Positions 39,301 through 48,517 of a stretch of DNA of 64,000 nucleotides are shown one piece after another. The notes beneath the pieces are model-generated. The model was not told the origin of the DNA. It worked only from the letters and a program-made list of their open reading frames with translations, and did not search any database. Numbering within the stretch: the stretch's first letter is position 1; every line of letters starts with the position of its first letter. The position numbers were made by a program, and so were the translations under genes. The DNA comes from Clostridiaceae bacterium (GTDB lineage Bacteria > Bacillota > Clostridia > Saccharofermentanales > UBA5734), in NCBI GenBank assembly GCA_012523135.1, contig JAAYJD010000106.1, positions 6,328-70,327 of the forward strand, in the 5' to 3' direction.

Positions 39301-40013
39301 GCGCGATCAACACGCTGACCTCCCTGGACAGCGCGTCCTTTGCCCCGCTGCCTGAAAGCGACGATGAAGGACTGCATCCGCCGGCGCTGACCGATAACGA
39401 CCGCGTCATCATGGCCGGCATGCTGGTCGGGCGCAAAAACAAAACGACGCGCAACAACGAGCTGATGAGCTTTTTGACCCTGGAGGACCTGGCCGGCATC
39501 TTCGAGGCGATCGTCTTCCCGCGTGTGCTGGGTGACCACCAGGCCTTGCTCGCCGACGGCGCCGTGCTGCTGGTCGGGGGTCGGCTGAGCATCCGCGAGG
39601 ATGACGAACCCAAGCTGATTGCCGAGCAGATCGCGATTCTCGAACCGGGCATGCGCCAGCTGCCGCCGGGCTTCGAGCTGCGCCGGGCGCCGGCGCGGAC
39701 ACCGGCCAGGCCGGTGAGCGAGGCACCCGATCTGCCGCCGCCGGAAGAAGCAGGCCAGGAAACGGCGGAACGGCCGGCGCATGTGCGGCTTTGCATCCGC
39801 TACCATGGTCTGGAGGAGGATGCAGGCTACAAGCGGCTGCTGGCCATGCTGAGCTTCTTCCAGGGCGCAATGCCCGTTCGGATCTATCTGGAACAGGAAG
39901 ACCGGCTGGTTGACCTCGGTCCGCGTTTTGCCGTCGCTTTCGACGATGCCGTGCTCCGTCGCCTGGCCGAACGGTTCGGGAGCCAGAACCTGGCCCTGAC
40001 CGCCGCCGAGTGA
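36390..40013 (+). CDS. dnaE: DNA polymerase III alpha subunit, DnaE type
   Basis: PHP domain 'FTHLHLHTEYSLLDGA', 'GPGRGSGAGSLAAW', 'MPDFDIDF', HhH and OB-fold regions. ATGA overlap with the upstream gene. Confidence 0.9.
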   Translation: MTVTAFTHLHLHTEYSLLDGAIRLRDLPDRLAALGMQACAITDHGALYGVIDFYNAMLAKGLKPIIGCEIYIAPRGYLDKEAGVDKEPAHLVLLAENQLGYRNLMKLVSIGYTEGFYYRPRVDHDLLRQYSGGLTALSACLGGEIPTAILQQDFERARELALKMDGIFGRDHFFLELQDNGLPEQTVVNSALIRLSRETGIPLVATNDCHYLEKEDAHAHEVLLCMQTGKRMSDDDRMRMASDAFYVKSPEEMAEAFAAVPEAVANTARIAERCQVVFDFNTIHLPEFAVPPGQTHDGYLRALCLEGLERRLEISRPMPRAEYERRLDYELGVISQMGYTGYYLIVWDFIRFARSRSIMVGPGRGSGAGSLAAWCLGITNIDPLQYALIFERFLNADRVSMPDFDIDFCYERRQEVIDYVTGKYGHDHVAQVITFGTLAARACIRDVARALDVPYAETDRLAKMIPASPGMTLTKALDANPELRQEYAQNETTRMVLDLVRRFEGMPRHASTHAAGVIISKEPLTDLAPLSRNEDAVVVQFAKNNVELIGLLKFDFLGLRTLTVLRDTAAMAHENHGDVIDYDRIPMDDPAVYAMISEGRTEAVFQLESAGMTSFMKELRPESMEDIIAGISLYRPGPMEQIPRYIAAKRDPAKIRYDHPLLEPILNVTYGCIVYQEQVMQIVRDLAGFSMGQSDNVRRAMSKKKPAELAKYRDLFVNGGQDEKGNPVDGALARGVSLETAGKIFDEVMVFAGYAFNKSHAAAYAVVAYQTGWLKVHYPVELMAAMLNSYLGSLSQAASYVRVCRTMNISVLPPDINRSQARFTTEDGAIRFALAAVKNVGEAAIRSLIAEREKNGPFCSFGDLLRRLDESTLNRKMVESMIRASALDGFGVPRAQMIAVIEPFSNRLASSRRQSMEGQLSLFDLGAVEQVTEAEPEYPELPDFTQREKLAMEKDMLGLYVSGHPLDEYERAINTLTSLDSASFAPLPESDDEGLHPPALTDNDRVIMAGMLVGRKNKTTRNNELMSFLTLEDLAGIFEAIVFPRVLGDHQALLADGAVLLVGGRLSIREDDEPKLIAEQIAILEPGMRQLPPGFELRRAPARTPARPVSEAPDLPPPEEAGQETAERPAHVRLCIRYHGLEEDAGYKRLLAMLSFFQGAMPVRIYLEQEDRLVDLGPRFAVAFDDAVLRRLAERFGSQNLALTAAE

Positions 40014-40016
40014 CGC

Positions 40017-40046
40017 TTGCCCCCGGTGGCAGCGGCACGTTATAAT
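40017..40046 (+). promoter_or_regulatory. Candidate pfkA promoter
   Basis: TTGCCC, 18-bp spacer, perfect TATAAT (40041-40046). Confidence 0.45.
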
Positions 40047-40078
40047 GGGGAGAGTTACGTAAAGAAAGTGAGCGATAA

Positions 40079-41074
40079 ATGGACATGGCAACAAAACAGA
40101 TTCGCAACATTGGCGTCCTGACCAGCGGCGGCGATGCCCCGGGCATGAATGCGGCGGTTCGGGCTGTTGTACGCGGCGGCCTGCACTACGGATATCATGT
40201 TTTCGGCATCCGGCGCGGCTTTCACGGCTTGTGGCGCGGTGACATCGACGAGTTAAACGGCCAGTCCGTTTCTGAAAAGCTCCAGCGGGGCGGCACGTTC
40301 CTGATGACGGCACGCTCCAAGACGTTTAATTCGCCGGAAGGCGTGCAGAAAGCTATCGAGATGGCCAAGGTGTTCAACCTGGACCTGGTGATCGCCATCG
40401 GCGGCGACGGGACCTTCCGCGGGCTGCGCGATCTGGCCCGGCAGGATTTTCCGGTGATCGGCATTCCCGGCACGATCGACAACGATATCGCCTGCTCGGA
40501 CTACACGATCGGCTACGACACGGCGATGAACACGGCCATGGAGGCGATCGACAAGCTGCGTGACACCGCGATGTCGCACGAGCGCTGCAGCGTCATCGAA
40601 GTGATGGGCCGCAAAGCCGGCTATTTGGCCCTCAATGTCGGTATCGCCTGCGGGGCCGAAGTCGTCATGATCCCGGAGGTGGAAACCGATTTCACCCGGG
40701 ATGTGGTCAAGGTGCTGCTGCAGGGGCGCAACAGCGGCAAGCACCATTACATCGTGGTCGTGGCCGAAGGGGCCGGAAGTGCGACCGAAGTCGCCGCCAG
40801 GATTGAAGCCATCACCGGCATCGAGGCACGGGCAACGATCCTCGGCCACCTGCAACGGGGCGGCAGTCCGACCAACCGTGACCGGACGATGGCCAGTATG
40901 ATGGGTCTGCAGGCGATTGACTGCGTCCGCCAGGGCTGCTACAACAGGGTCATCGCCTACAAGGCCGGTGAACTGGTCGATTTCGACATTGAGGAAGCCC
41001 TCAACATGAACAAGACCATCACCGCGGTCGAAATTGAGCGGGCCCGCATCCTGGCAGCCCGGAGAGCGCCTTGA
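40079..41074 (+). CDS. pfkA: ATP-dependent 6-phosphofructokinase
   Basis: 'GVLTSGGDAPGMNAA', 'IGGDGTFRG', 'PGTIDNDI' and 'MGRKAGYLA'. Confidence 0.9.
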   Translation: MDMATKQIRNIGVLTSGGDAPGMNAAVRAVVRGGLHYGYHVFGIRRGFHGLWRGDIDELNGQSVSEKLQRGGTFLMTARSKTFNSPEGVQKAIEMAKVFNLDLVIAIGGDGTFRGLRDLARQDFPVIGIPGTIDNDIACSDYTIGYDTAMNTAMEAIDKLRDTAMSHERCSVIEVMGRKAGYLALNVGIACGAEVVMIPEVETDFTRDVVKVLLQGRNSGKHHYIVVVAEGAGSATEVAARIEAITGIEARATILGHLQRGGSPTNRDRTMASMMGLQAIDCVRQGCYNRVIAYKAGELVDFDIEEALNMNKTITAVEIERARILAARRAP

Positions 41075-41129
41075 AACACGCGGCAGGCATCACCGCGCCC
41101 GAGCGGGCAGAAGGGACCGGTCGGAACGC

Positions 41130-41699
41130 ATGAAGCTGCGGGTCGTGCTGACAATACCCAACCTCCTGACCCTCATCCGCCTGTTGGCTATCCCGGTGCT
41201 GGCCCGCCTGATTTATGTCGGCAAGCCTTACGATCTGGTTGCGTTTCTGCTCTTTTTGGGCATTTGGCTGACCGACATGCTCGACGGCTACATCGCCCGC
41301 AAGTTCAACCAGATCACCGAGTTCGGCAAGCTGTTCGACCCCTTTGTCGACAAGCTGTTCCAGCTGACAACCGCCGTCATGATGTGCATCGTCGGTAAAC
41401 TCCCGCTCTGGGTGCCGCTGGTGATCGGGGTCAAGGAACTGGCCATGATCCTGGGCAGCCTGTTCCTGTTGCGCGAGAACGACAAGGTCGTCTATGCGCG
41501 CTGGTACGGCAAAGCGGCCACTGTGCTGTTCGTGGCGGCTTTCGCGTCACTGTTCTTTTTGCCGGAAAACGCCTATTGGCTGTCCCACTATATTTTCATA
41601 CCGCCGATGGCGATGTCGCTATTTGCCTACGTGTGCTACGGAATCAATTTTATGAAGCTGCGCAGGCAGCCGGACAGCCGTTCTGAAACCAAAACCTAG
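41130..41699 (+). CDS. pgsA: CDP-alcohol phosphatidyltransferase (CDP-diacylglycerol--glycerol-3-phosphate 3-phosphatidyltransferase-like)
   Basis: 'DMLDGYIARKFNQITEFGKLFDPFVDK' matches D(x)2DG(x)2AR...G(x)3D(x)3D. ATG 41130; track start 41034 overlaps pfkA. Confidence 0.8.
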   Translation: MKLRVVLTIPNLLTLIRLLAIPVLARLIYVGKPYDLVAFLLFLGIWLTDMLDGYIARKFNQITEFGKLFDPFVDKLFQLTTAVMMCIVGKLPLWVPLVIGVKELAMILGSLFLLRENDKVVYARWYGKAATVLFVAAFASLFFLPENAYWLSHYIFIPPMAMSLFAYVCYGINFMKLRRQPDSRSETKT

Positions 41700-41802
41700 T
41701 TTCGCGCCGTGTGACAGGCACGACAACGCAAGAGATACGATCTGACGCCTGAGCTGCGCTTTTAGGCCTGACTTTGGCAAGACAATTGGAGCGCGATACC
41801 CG

Positions 41803-44181
41803 ATGAACCACCGAACCTTACGGATTCTCGAATACGACAAAATCATCCAGGAACTGGCTGCCCTGGCCCATTCTGAGCCGGGCCGTCAGCTGTGCCTGGC
41901 CCTTGAGCCAAGCCCGGACCTGGAAACGGTGGCCAGGCGCCAGGAGGAAACCGACGACGCAGTCAAGGTCATCCTGGAGCACGGCCTGCTGCCCCTGGGC
42001 GGCATCAGCGACATCCGGGCGGCCGTCGGCCGGGCGGCCGCCGGATCGCAGCTGAACTGCCCGGACTTTCTGCGCATCGGCGCCCTGCTGCGGACCGTTG
42101 AGCGGCTGCGCGCCCGCCTGCCTGCCGACCCGTCGGAACGGATCCTGGACGGCCTGCTCAGCCAGTTGCGGCCGGACACCGCCTTTGCGGCCCGCATCGA
42201 CGACACGATCGCCGGCGAAGACGAACTGCACGACCGGGCCAGCCCGCAGCTGATGAACCTGCGCCGGCGCATCCGCGAGGCCCAAAATGATGTCAAGGAG
42301 AGCCTGAACCGCATCGTGCGCAGCCAGGGACGAGCCCTTCAGGAGCAGCTCGTGACGATGCGCGGCGACCGCTATGTCGTGCCGGTCAAGGCGGAGCTCC
42401 GCGGCGAGATTCCCGGCCTGGTGCACGACACCTCGTCGAGCGGGGCGACGCTGTTTGTCGAACCGCTGCCGGTCGTGGCCCTGAACAACAAGATCCGCGA
42501 GCTGATGAGCCTGGAGCGGGAGGAGATCGACCGTATCTTGCTCGAACTGTCCGGCTGTGTCGCCGACCGGGCCGATCTGCTGCGCGACGACCAGGCGCTG
42601 TGCGCCCGGATCGATTTTATCATGGCCCGCGGCCGTCTGGCCCTTGAAATGCGCGCCATGCGGCCCCAGCTGAACAATGCCGGCCGCATCCGCCTGCTGG
42701 ATGCCCGCCACCCCCTGATCCCCAGGGACCGGGTCGTGCCGATCTACTTCGAACTCGGCGTCCGCTTCAGGACCCTCGTGATCACCGGCCCCAACACGGG
42801 CGGCAAGACGGTCGCCCTCAAGACCTGCGGCCTGTTGTGCCTCATGACCATGGCCGGCCTGCAGATTCCGGCCCGCGACGGCTCCGAGGTTTCCGTGTTC
42901 GACCAGGTGCTGGCGGATATCGGCGACGAACAGAGCATCGAGCAGGATCTGTCGACGTTTTCAGCCCACCTGCACAACCTGGTCGAAATCACGAGCCAGG
43001 CCGGCCATGGCACGCTGGTTTTGGTCGACGAGCTCGGCTCCGGGACGGACCCCTCCGAGGGCGCGGCCCTGGCCATCGCCATCCTGGATCACCTGCGCCG
43101 GCGCGGCTGCCTGACCGTGGCCACCACGCATTACAAGGAGCTCAAGGGCTACGCACTGCAGACCGAATCCGTGGAAAACGCCTGCTGCGAGTTTGACGCC
43201 AAAACCTTGCGCCCGACCTTCCGGCTCCTGATCGGCGTACCCGGTGTCAGCAACGCCTTTGCTATCTCCAGGCGCCTGGGGCTCGACGACGCGATCATCG
43301 AGCAGGCCAGGGGGCTGCTCTCCGAGGAGGGCATCCGCTTCGAGGACCTGGTCCGCAAAATGGAAGAGAGCCGCTCCCAGGCGGAGGAAGCCTACCGCGA
43401 GGCGTCGGCCTTGCGCGAGGAGGCTGAGCGCCATGCTGCCCAGATCCGCCAGCACAAGGAATCCCTGGAGGAACAGAAACGGCAGCTGATCCGCGAAGCC
43501 CGCCAGGAAGCGCGCGAGCTCTACGCGGATGCGCTGCAGGATGTCGAGCGGCTGCTCGGTGAAATCCGGGCGGGCGTCAAGGCACAGGAACTGGCGGAAA
43601 GCCACAAGTTGGCCACCCAGGTCCGCCAGGAAATCCGAGCCGGCCTGAAGCAGGTCGACGGCCATATCACCCAATCGGCGTTGTCTGCCGGGGGGCGCAA
43701 GCTGCGCCGCGATGAAGTCCGGCCCGGCCGGATGTATGCGGCGCCCGCCCTGGGAATTACCGGCAAACTGCTGGAAGGGCCGGACAGCCGCGATGTCTGT
43801 CTGCTGCAAAGCGGCGCCATGAAGGTGTCTGTACCGCTGGACGCCCTGCGCCTGCCGGATCTGACGGCGGCGGCCAAGTCCGGCAAAGCGAAGCGCCGCG
43901 CGAGTCCGAACCAGCTGACCATGGAACGCCATCTGAACATGCAGACCGAAATTCAGCTGCTGGGCCAGACGGTCGAAGAAGCGACCGCCAACCTGGACAA
44001 GTTTCTCGATGACGCTGTCCTGGGCGGCGTTCAAACCGTCCGCGTCGTCCACGGCAAGGGTACAGGTGCGCTGCGCAGCGCGGTGCAGCAGAAGCTGCGC
44101 CAGGATCCCCGGGTGCGCACCTACCGCTTGGGCATGTATGGTGAAGGGGACAGCGGCGTGACGATTGCTGAACTGAAGTAG
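41803..44181 (+). CDS. mutS2: Endonuclease MutS2 (MutS ATPase core plus C-terminal Smr)
   Basis: Walker A 'ITGPNTGGKT', 'DELGSGTDP' and Smr 'VRVVHGKGTGALR'. Confidence 0.9.
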   Translation: MNHRTLRILEYDKIIQELAALAHSEPGRQLCLALEPSPDLETVARRQEETDDAVKVILEHGLLPLGGISDIRAAVGRAAAGSQLNCPDFLRIGALLRTVERLRARLPADPSERILDGLLSQLRPDTAFAARIDDTIAGEDELHDRASPQLMNLRRRIREAQNDVKESLNRIVRSQGRALQEQLVTMRGDRYVVPVKAELRGEIPGLVHDTSSSGATLFVEPLPVVALNNKIRELMSLEREEIDRILLELSGCVADRADLLRDDQALCARIDFIMARGRLALEMRAMRPQLNNAGRIRLLDARHPLIPRDRVVPIYFELGVRFRTLVITGPNTGGKTVALKTCGLLCLMTMAGLQIPARDGSEVSVFDQVLADIGDEQSIEQDLSTFSAHLHNLVEITSQAGHGTLVLVDELGSGTDPSEGAALAIAILDHLRRRGCLTVATTHYKELKGYALQTESVENACCEFDAKTLRPTFRLLIGVPGVSNAFAISRRLGLDDAIIEQARGLLSEEGIRFEDLVRKMEESRSQAEEAYREASALREEAERHAAQIRQHKESLEEQKRQLIREARQEARELYADALQDVERLLGEIRAGVKAQELAESHKLATQVRQEIRAGLKQVDGHITQSALSAGGRKLRRDEVRPGRMYAAPALGITGKLLEGPDSRDVCLLQSGAMKVSVPLDALRLPDLTAAAKSGKAKRRASPNQLTMERHLNMQTEIQLLGQTVEEATANLDKFLDDAVLGGVQTVRVVHGKGTGALRSAVQQKLRQDPRVRTYRLGMYGEGDSGVTIAELK

Positions 44182-44227
44182 GCCGTCACGCGAATCTTGT
44201 CCCGGATAGAGAAGAGGTGTTGGGCCA

Positions 44228-45133
44228 GTGATCGAAGCACAGGGGCTGACCGTGACTTACCCGGGGGGAAAAGGCGTTTTCGGCCTTGATTTCCAGATCG
44301 GGGACGGCAAGACCATGGGGTATCTCGGGCCGAACGGCGCCGGGAAAACGACGACCATCCGGGCTCTGCTCGGGTTCATGAGGCCGGACAGCGGCCGCGC
44401 GGCCATCGACGGGCTCGATTGCTTTGCCGATGCCCCCCGGATCCAGCGCCGGCTTGGCTACATTCCCGGCGAAATCAGCTTCCCGGAGAAAATGTGCGGC
44501 TGCGAGTTTTTGCGGTTCATGCATGCGATGCGCGGCGGCCGCGGAAAACGCAGCGCGCGGGAAGAAGAGCTGCTGGCGCTGTTCGAGCTGGACCCGTCCG
44601 GCCGCATCGACAAGTTTTCCAAGGGTATGAAACAAAAGCTCGGTATCGTGGCCGCCCTGATGCACGACCCGCAGGTCCTGATTCTCGACGAGCCGACCAG
44701 CGGACTGGACCCGCTGATGCAGAACCGTTTCATCGCACTGATCCACCGGGAGCGCGCCCGGGGCAAGACCATCCTGATGTCGAGCCACGGCTTCGAGGAA
44801 GTCGAAAAAACCTGCGACCAAGTGCTGATCATCCGGGAAGGCCGGATCATCCACGAAGACCGTGCGGAGACGCTCCGGCGCAGCCGCACACGCACCTACC
44901 TGCTGCAGGCCGCCCAGCCTGCCAGGGCCGCGGCCGTGCTGGCTGAGGCCGGATTCACGGTTCCGGCAGCGGAAAACGGCAGCTTCGAGATCCCGGTTGC
45001 CGGCGACGCGGTCGACCGGTTTATCAAGGCCGTCGCGACTTTGCAGGTCGTCGACCTGAATGTCAAAAGCCAGAGCCTGGAAGAGCTGTTCATGCGCTTC
45101 TACCGGCAAGACGGAGAGGAGGATGCCCTGTGA
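44228..45133 (+). CDS. ABC transporter ATP-binding protein
   Basis: Walker A 'GPNGAGKTT', signature-like 'FSKGMKQKLG' and Walker B 'ILILDEPTSGLD'. GTG start lies 9 nt after GAAGAGGTG. Confidence 0.85.
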   Translation: MIEAQGLTVTYPGGKGVFGLDFQIGDGKTMGYLGPNGAGKTTTIRALLGFMRPDSGRAAIDGLDCFADAPRIQRRLGYIPGEISFPEKMCGCEFLRFMHAMRGGRGKRSAREEELLALFELDPSGRIDKFSKGMKQKLGIVAALMHDPQVLILDEPTSGLDPLMQNRFIALIHRERARGKTILMSSHGFEEVEKTCDQVLIIREGRIIHEDRAETLRRSRTRTYLLQAAQPARAAAVLAEAGFTVPAAENGSFEIPVAGDAVDRFIKAVATLQVVDLNVKSQSLEELFMRFYRQDGEEDAL

Positions 45134-45927
45134 GCCTGGCGCTGTTTGCCTATACGGCCAGAAAGAACAGTCTCCTGCTGGTGATTTTCTACGCTGTTTT
45201 GGCGTTCTACCTGGCCGTCATGATCAGCATGTACAATCCGGAGGACATGGCCAGGATCACCGACATGCTCGACCTGTTCCCCGAGGATCTGATGCAGGCC
45301 ATGGGCTTTTCGCAGCAAGTCAGCGACCTGACCAGCTATCTGGCGAGCTGGTTGTACGGCTTGCTGATGCTGGCGTTCCCGATGGTCTATTGCATCATCT
45401 TGAGCCAGCGGCTGGTTGCGCGCAAGGTCGACAGCGGTTCAATGGCCTATCTGCTCGCCACACCCAATTCCCGGACCCGGATCATCGTCACCCTGGGCAG
45501 CTATGCGCTGCTCTCCGTAGGGCTGCTTTTCGCGCTCCTGTTCGGAACCGGTGTCGCGCTGGCCGAATGGCTCCAACCCGGCCAGCTGGCGGCGGACCGG
45601 TTCTTGCAGCTGAACATCACCACCATGCTGATCAACATGCTGGTGATCATGATCGGTTTTTTCTTTTCCTGCCTGTGCAACGACGCCTCCCTGGCCAGCG
45701 GACTGGCTGCCGGGCTGCCGATCACGTTCTTGCTGCTGAATATGCTGGGCGGCGTGTCGGAAGACTACCAATGGCTGAAGCGATGGTCGGTTTACGGCTG
45801 GTTCGACCCGCTGGAGCGGGTCCGGGGCGAAATGCCCTGGACGATCAACCTGATCTACGCGGCCGGCGCAGCCGTGCTGTTTGCCGCCGCGGTCCTGATT
45901 TTCAAACGCAGACAGCTGCCGGTCTGA
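45130..45927 (+). CDS. ABC-2 type transporter permease
   Basis: 265-aa protein with six predicted TM helices. Start is coupled (GTGA) to the ATPase gene. RBS GGAGAGGAGGA. Confidence 0.7.
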   Translation: MSLALFAYTARKNSLLLVIFYAVLAFYLAVMISMYNPEDMARITDMLDLFPEDLMQAMGFSQQVSDLTSYLASWLYGLLMLAFPMVYCIILSQRLVARKVDSGSMAYLLATPNSRTRIIVTLGSYALLSVGLLFALLFGTGVALAEWLQPGQLAADRFLQLNITTMLINMLVIMIGFFFSCLCNDASLASGLAAGLPITFLLLNMLGGVSEDYQWLKRWSVYGWFDPLERVRGEMPWTINLIYAAGAAVLFAAAVLIFKRRQLPV

Positions 45928-45948
45928 GTCGGCCAGAGGAGGAAAGCG

Positions 45949-48441
45949 ATGTTTATCGGACGGTTAAACCACCCGGAATCGGGCCTTAGCTACACCTGCC
46001 GGTTTTACCGGCGCGGCACGCCATGTCCGCTTGAAGCCGATATTGAGGCCCAGCCGGCCGGCGCGTTCGGCTGGACTTGGCCCAAGCTGATGGATGTCGG
46101 CGTCGATGTCGCGTACACCTGGCCCTCTAAGCTCTATATCGGTGCCGTCTGCCTGAAGCTGGCTGCCGGCGCAGCCGTCCAGACGGCGGAAATCTGGTGC
46201 GGGACCGGGCACGAGCTTCGCTGCTGCGGCCGCCACGACGCCCGGACCGGCGAGAGCTGCGGCGGTGCCATCGACATCACGGTCGGGGTTATGGCCAGCC
46301 GGGTCGTGGTTCGCTTGCAGCCCTTGCTGACCGATGTGGTTTTGGAACAGCTCGACGTGATTGGCGCGGTCTGGACATCTGAGCCCCTGGTCTATCCGAC
46401 CCCGCACCTGAGCCGCTTGAGCGGCGGGACGCTGGCGCGCGATCGCTTGGCCCTGATCGTCAAAGGCGACGGTGAGTCCGACACCGCTTTTGCCGCCAGC
46501 CACCTGCAGCAACACATGACCGGGCTGTTCAGCCAGGCTTTGCCTGTCGGGACATCAACTGACCGGCTGCCGGCCGGGCAGGTTGCCGTCACGTTGCGCC
46601 TGGACAAGAGCGGCGATCCCGAAGCATACGCCGTCGACGTATCAGCGCAGTCTGTCCAGCTGACGGGCGCAAGCCGCATCGCGCTGCTTTATGCCTGCGA
46701 AACCTTTGTTCAGCTGGCCGGACAGCAGCAGATCCCGCTTGGCCAGATCCGCGACAAGCCGTACAAAGCGGTGCGCGGCTTTCACGTTGGCCTGCCGCCC
46801 AGGGAATCATTTGCTTTTTACCGCCGCCTGCTGCGCCATGTGCTGCTGCCGCTGCGATACAACACCTTGTTCATCGAATTTGCCGGCGGCATGCGTTTCG
46901 ACCGGCATCCCGAAATCAGCCAGGCGTGGCTTCTGGCCAACCAGGCAGCCAGGAGGGGCGAGTGGCCGGCCTTTCCGCACGGGGATATGGTTGCCGGCGG
47001 CGGTTTGCTGGAAAAAGACGAGGTGCGCGAGCTGGTCGCCTATGCCAAATCCCTCGGCTTCACGGTCATTCCCGAGGTGCAGTCCTTAAGCCATGTCCAG
47101 TACATTACCTGCGCGCACCCTGAGATCGCCGAAGCCGAGGAAGAGCAGGCACACGCGCAGGCAGCGGACACGCGCGCCGCCGACCAGCCGCCCAGCGCGT
47201 TCTATGCCCATTCCTACTGCCCGTCCCACGAAACAAGCTACGCGATCATCTGCGACATCATCGACGAGATCGTGGAGGTCGTGCAGCCGGAGCGGTATGT
47301 CCACATGGGGCACGACGAAGTGTACCAGCTGGCGCTTTGCCCCCGCTGCCAAGGGCAGGACCCAGCCGAGCTGTATGCCCGGCATGTCCTTCGTGTCTAT
47401 GCGTATCTCAAGCAAAAAGGGCTGGGCATGATGATCTGGTCGGACATGCTCCAGCCGACCGAGCGTTACCGGACGCACCCGGCCATCGCCAGGCTGCCCC
47501 GGGACATCGTGCTGCTCGACTTCATCTGGTACTTCCATACCGACCTGGACATGGAAGACCATCTGCTGCCGCACGGCTTTGAGGTTGTCATGGGCAACCT
47601 CTATTCCAGCCATTACCCGCGCTATGCCAGCCGGGCCGCCAAGCCCGGCATGACCGGCGGCGAGGTCTCCACCTGGTGCCGCCTGGACGAATACACCCTG
47701 GCCAAGAAGGGCAAGCTGTTTGACCTGATGTTCAGCGCCGAGATGCTGTGGTCAGATCGCTACCTGGAGACGGCACGCCCGGTCTACACCGAGATCATCC
47801 AACGCCGCATCCCGGCGCTGCGCGAGGCCTTGCGAGGCCTTCCGGCCCTGAAACAAGCCGGCAGGCGCTTCCAGCCGCTGACTCCGGCGCCGCCAGCGCG
47901 TGCCGGGCTGCCCGGCGCCCTGCGCTTGTGGCTGGCGGATCAGGCCGCCCCGGAAAAGGCAGCTCTGGCGGCTGCTTTCGACCTGTCCGGCGCCCAACGC
48001 CTCACCGACCAGCCGCTGGACATTCCGGTCGATGCGTGTTTCGACCGGCTCGTTTTCCTGCATGCGACGGCAGACCCCGCGCTGCGGCTGGCCTGGGCGC
48101 CGCTGACCCAGGTCGGCATCTATACGGTCCGCTACGCCGATGGCCGGAGTGTGGACGTTCCGGTCGAATACGCCGGCAACATCTGGCACTGGGCCAAACG
48201 CTATGGCGATCCGCTGCGCCATCCCTACTATCGTCACCAGGGGTACCTGGCGACATACATGGCCGATCCGGTGGTCCAGGCCAAAACCGAAACGGGGGAG
48301 GACATCCTGCTGCTCGGTTTTGAGTGGGTGAATCCGCACCCCGACTGCCGGATGAGCGGGATCAGCTGCCGCAACACAGGGACAGCCGGCACCGACATTC
48401 TCCTGATGGCTGTTTCCGGCGTGTCGGCCGCGGCCCCATGA
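45949..48441 (+). CDS. Large cytoplasmic glycoside hydrolase family 20-like protein (beta-N-acetylhexosaminidase-like core with unassigned N- and C-terminal regions)
   Basis: GH20b-like 'YAVDVSAQSVQLTGASRIALLYACETFVQL', then a TIM-barrel start 'IRDKPYKAVRGFHVG' and the catalytic-pair region 'VHMGHDEV' (HxGGDE-like). No signal peptide or TM seen. RBS GAGGAGGAAA. Confidence 0.6.
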   Translation: MFIGRLNHPESGLSYTCRFYRRGTPCPLEADIEAQPAGAFGWTWPKLMDVGVDVAYTWPSKLYIGAVCLKLAAGAAVQTAEIWCGTGHELRCCGRHDARTGESCGGAIDITVGVMASRVVVRLQPLLTDVVLEQLDVIGAVWTSEPLVYPTPHLSRLSGGTLARDRLALIVKGDGESDTAFAASHLQQHMTGLFSQALPVGTSTDRLPAGQVAVTLRLDKSGDPEAYAVDVSAQSVQLTGASRIALLYACETFVQLAGQQQIPLGQIRDKPYKAVRGFHVGLPPRESFAFYRRLLRHVLLPLRYNTLFIEFAGGMRFDRHPEISQAWLLANQAARRGEWPAFPHGDMVAGGGLLEKDEVRELVAYAKSLGFTVIPEVQSLSHVQYITCAHPEIAEAEEEQAHAQAADTRAADQPPSAFYAHSYCPSHETSYAIICDIIDEIVEVVQPERYVHMGHDEVYQLALCPRCQGQDPAELYARHVLRVYAYLKQKGLGMMIWSDMLQPTERYRTHPAIARLPRDIVLLDFIWYFHTDLDMEDHLLPHGFEVVMGNLYSSHYPRYASRAAKPGMTGGEVSTWCRLDEYTLAKKGKLFDLMFSAEMLWSDRYLETARPVYTEIIQRRIPALREALRGLPALKQAGRRFQPLTPAPPARAGLPGALRLWLADQAAPEKAALAAAFDLSGAQRLTDQPLDIPVDACFDRLVFLHATADPALRLAWAPLTQVGIYTVRYADGRSVDVPVEYAGNIWHWAKRYGDPLRHPYYRHQGYLATYMADPVVQAKTETGEDILLLGFEWVNPHPDCRMSGISCRNTGTAGTDILLMAVSGVSAAAP

Positions 48442-48466
48442 CAAGTGCCATGGCTCGTGGTAGAAT
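48438..48466 (+). promoter_or_regulatory. Candidate nagB promoter
   Basis: -35 ATGACA (48438-48443), 17-bp spacer, extended -10 TGGTAGAAT (TAGAAT at 48461-48466). Overlaps the end of the GH20-like gene. Confidence 0.5.
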
Positions 48467-48517
48467 CACAAGGTATGAAAAACTGGCAGCAAGCGCTGCA
48501 CGCAAAGGAGAATGATC

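Noticed and set aside
39650-40013. C-terminal ~120 aa of DnaE beyond the OB-fold (a Pro/Arg-rich linker followed by a small folded-looking segment), considered as a possible fused extra gene.
   Set aside because: It is in frame with no internal RBS or start signal, and DnaE proteins commonly carry variable C-terminal interaction domains. Nothing in the sequence marks it as separate or unusual enough to report.
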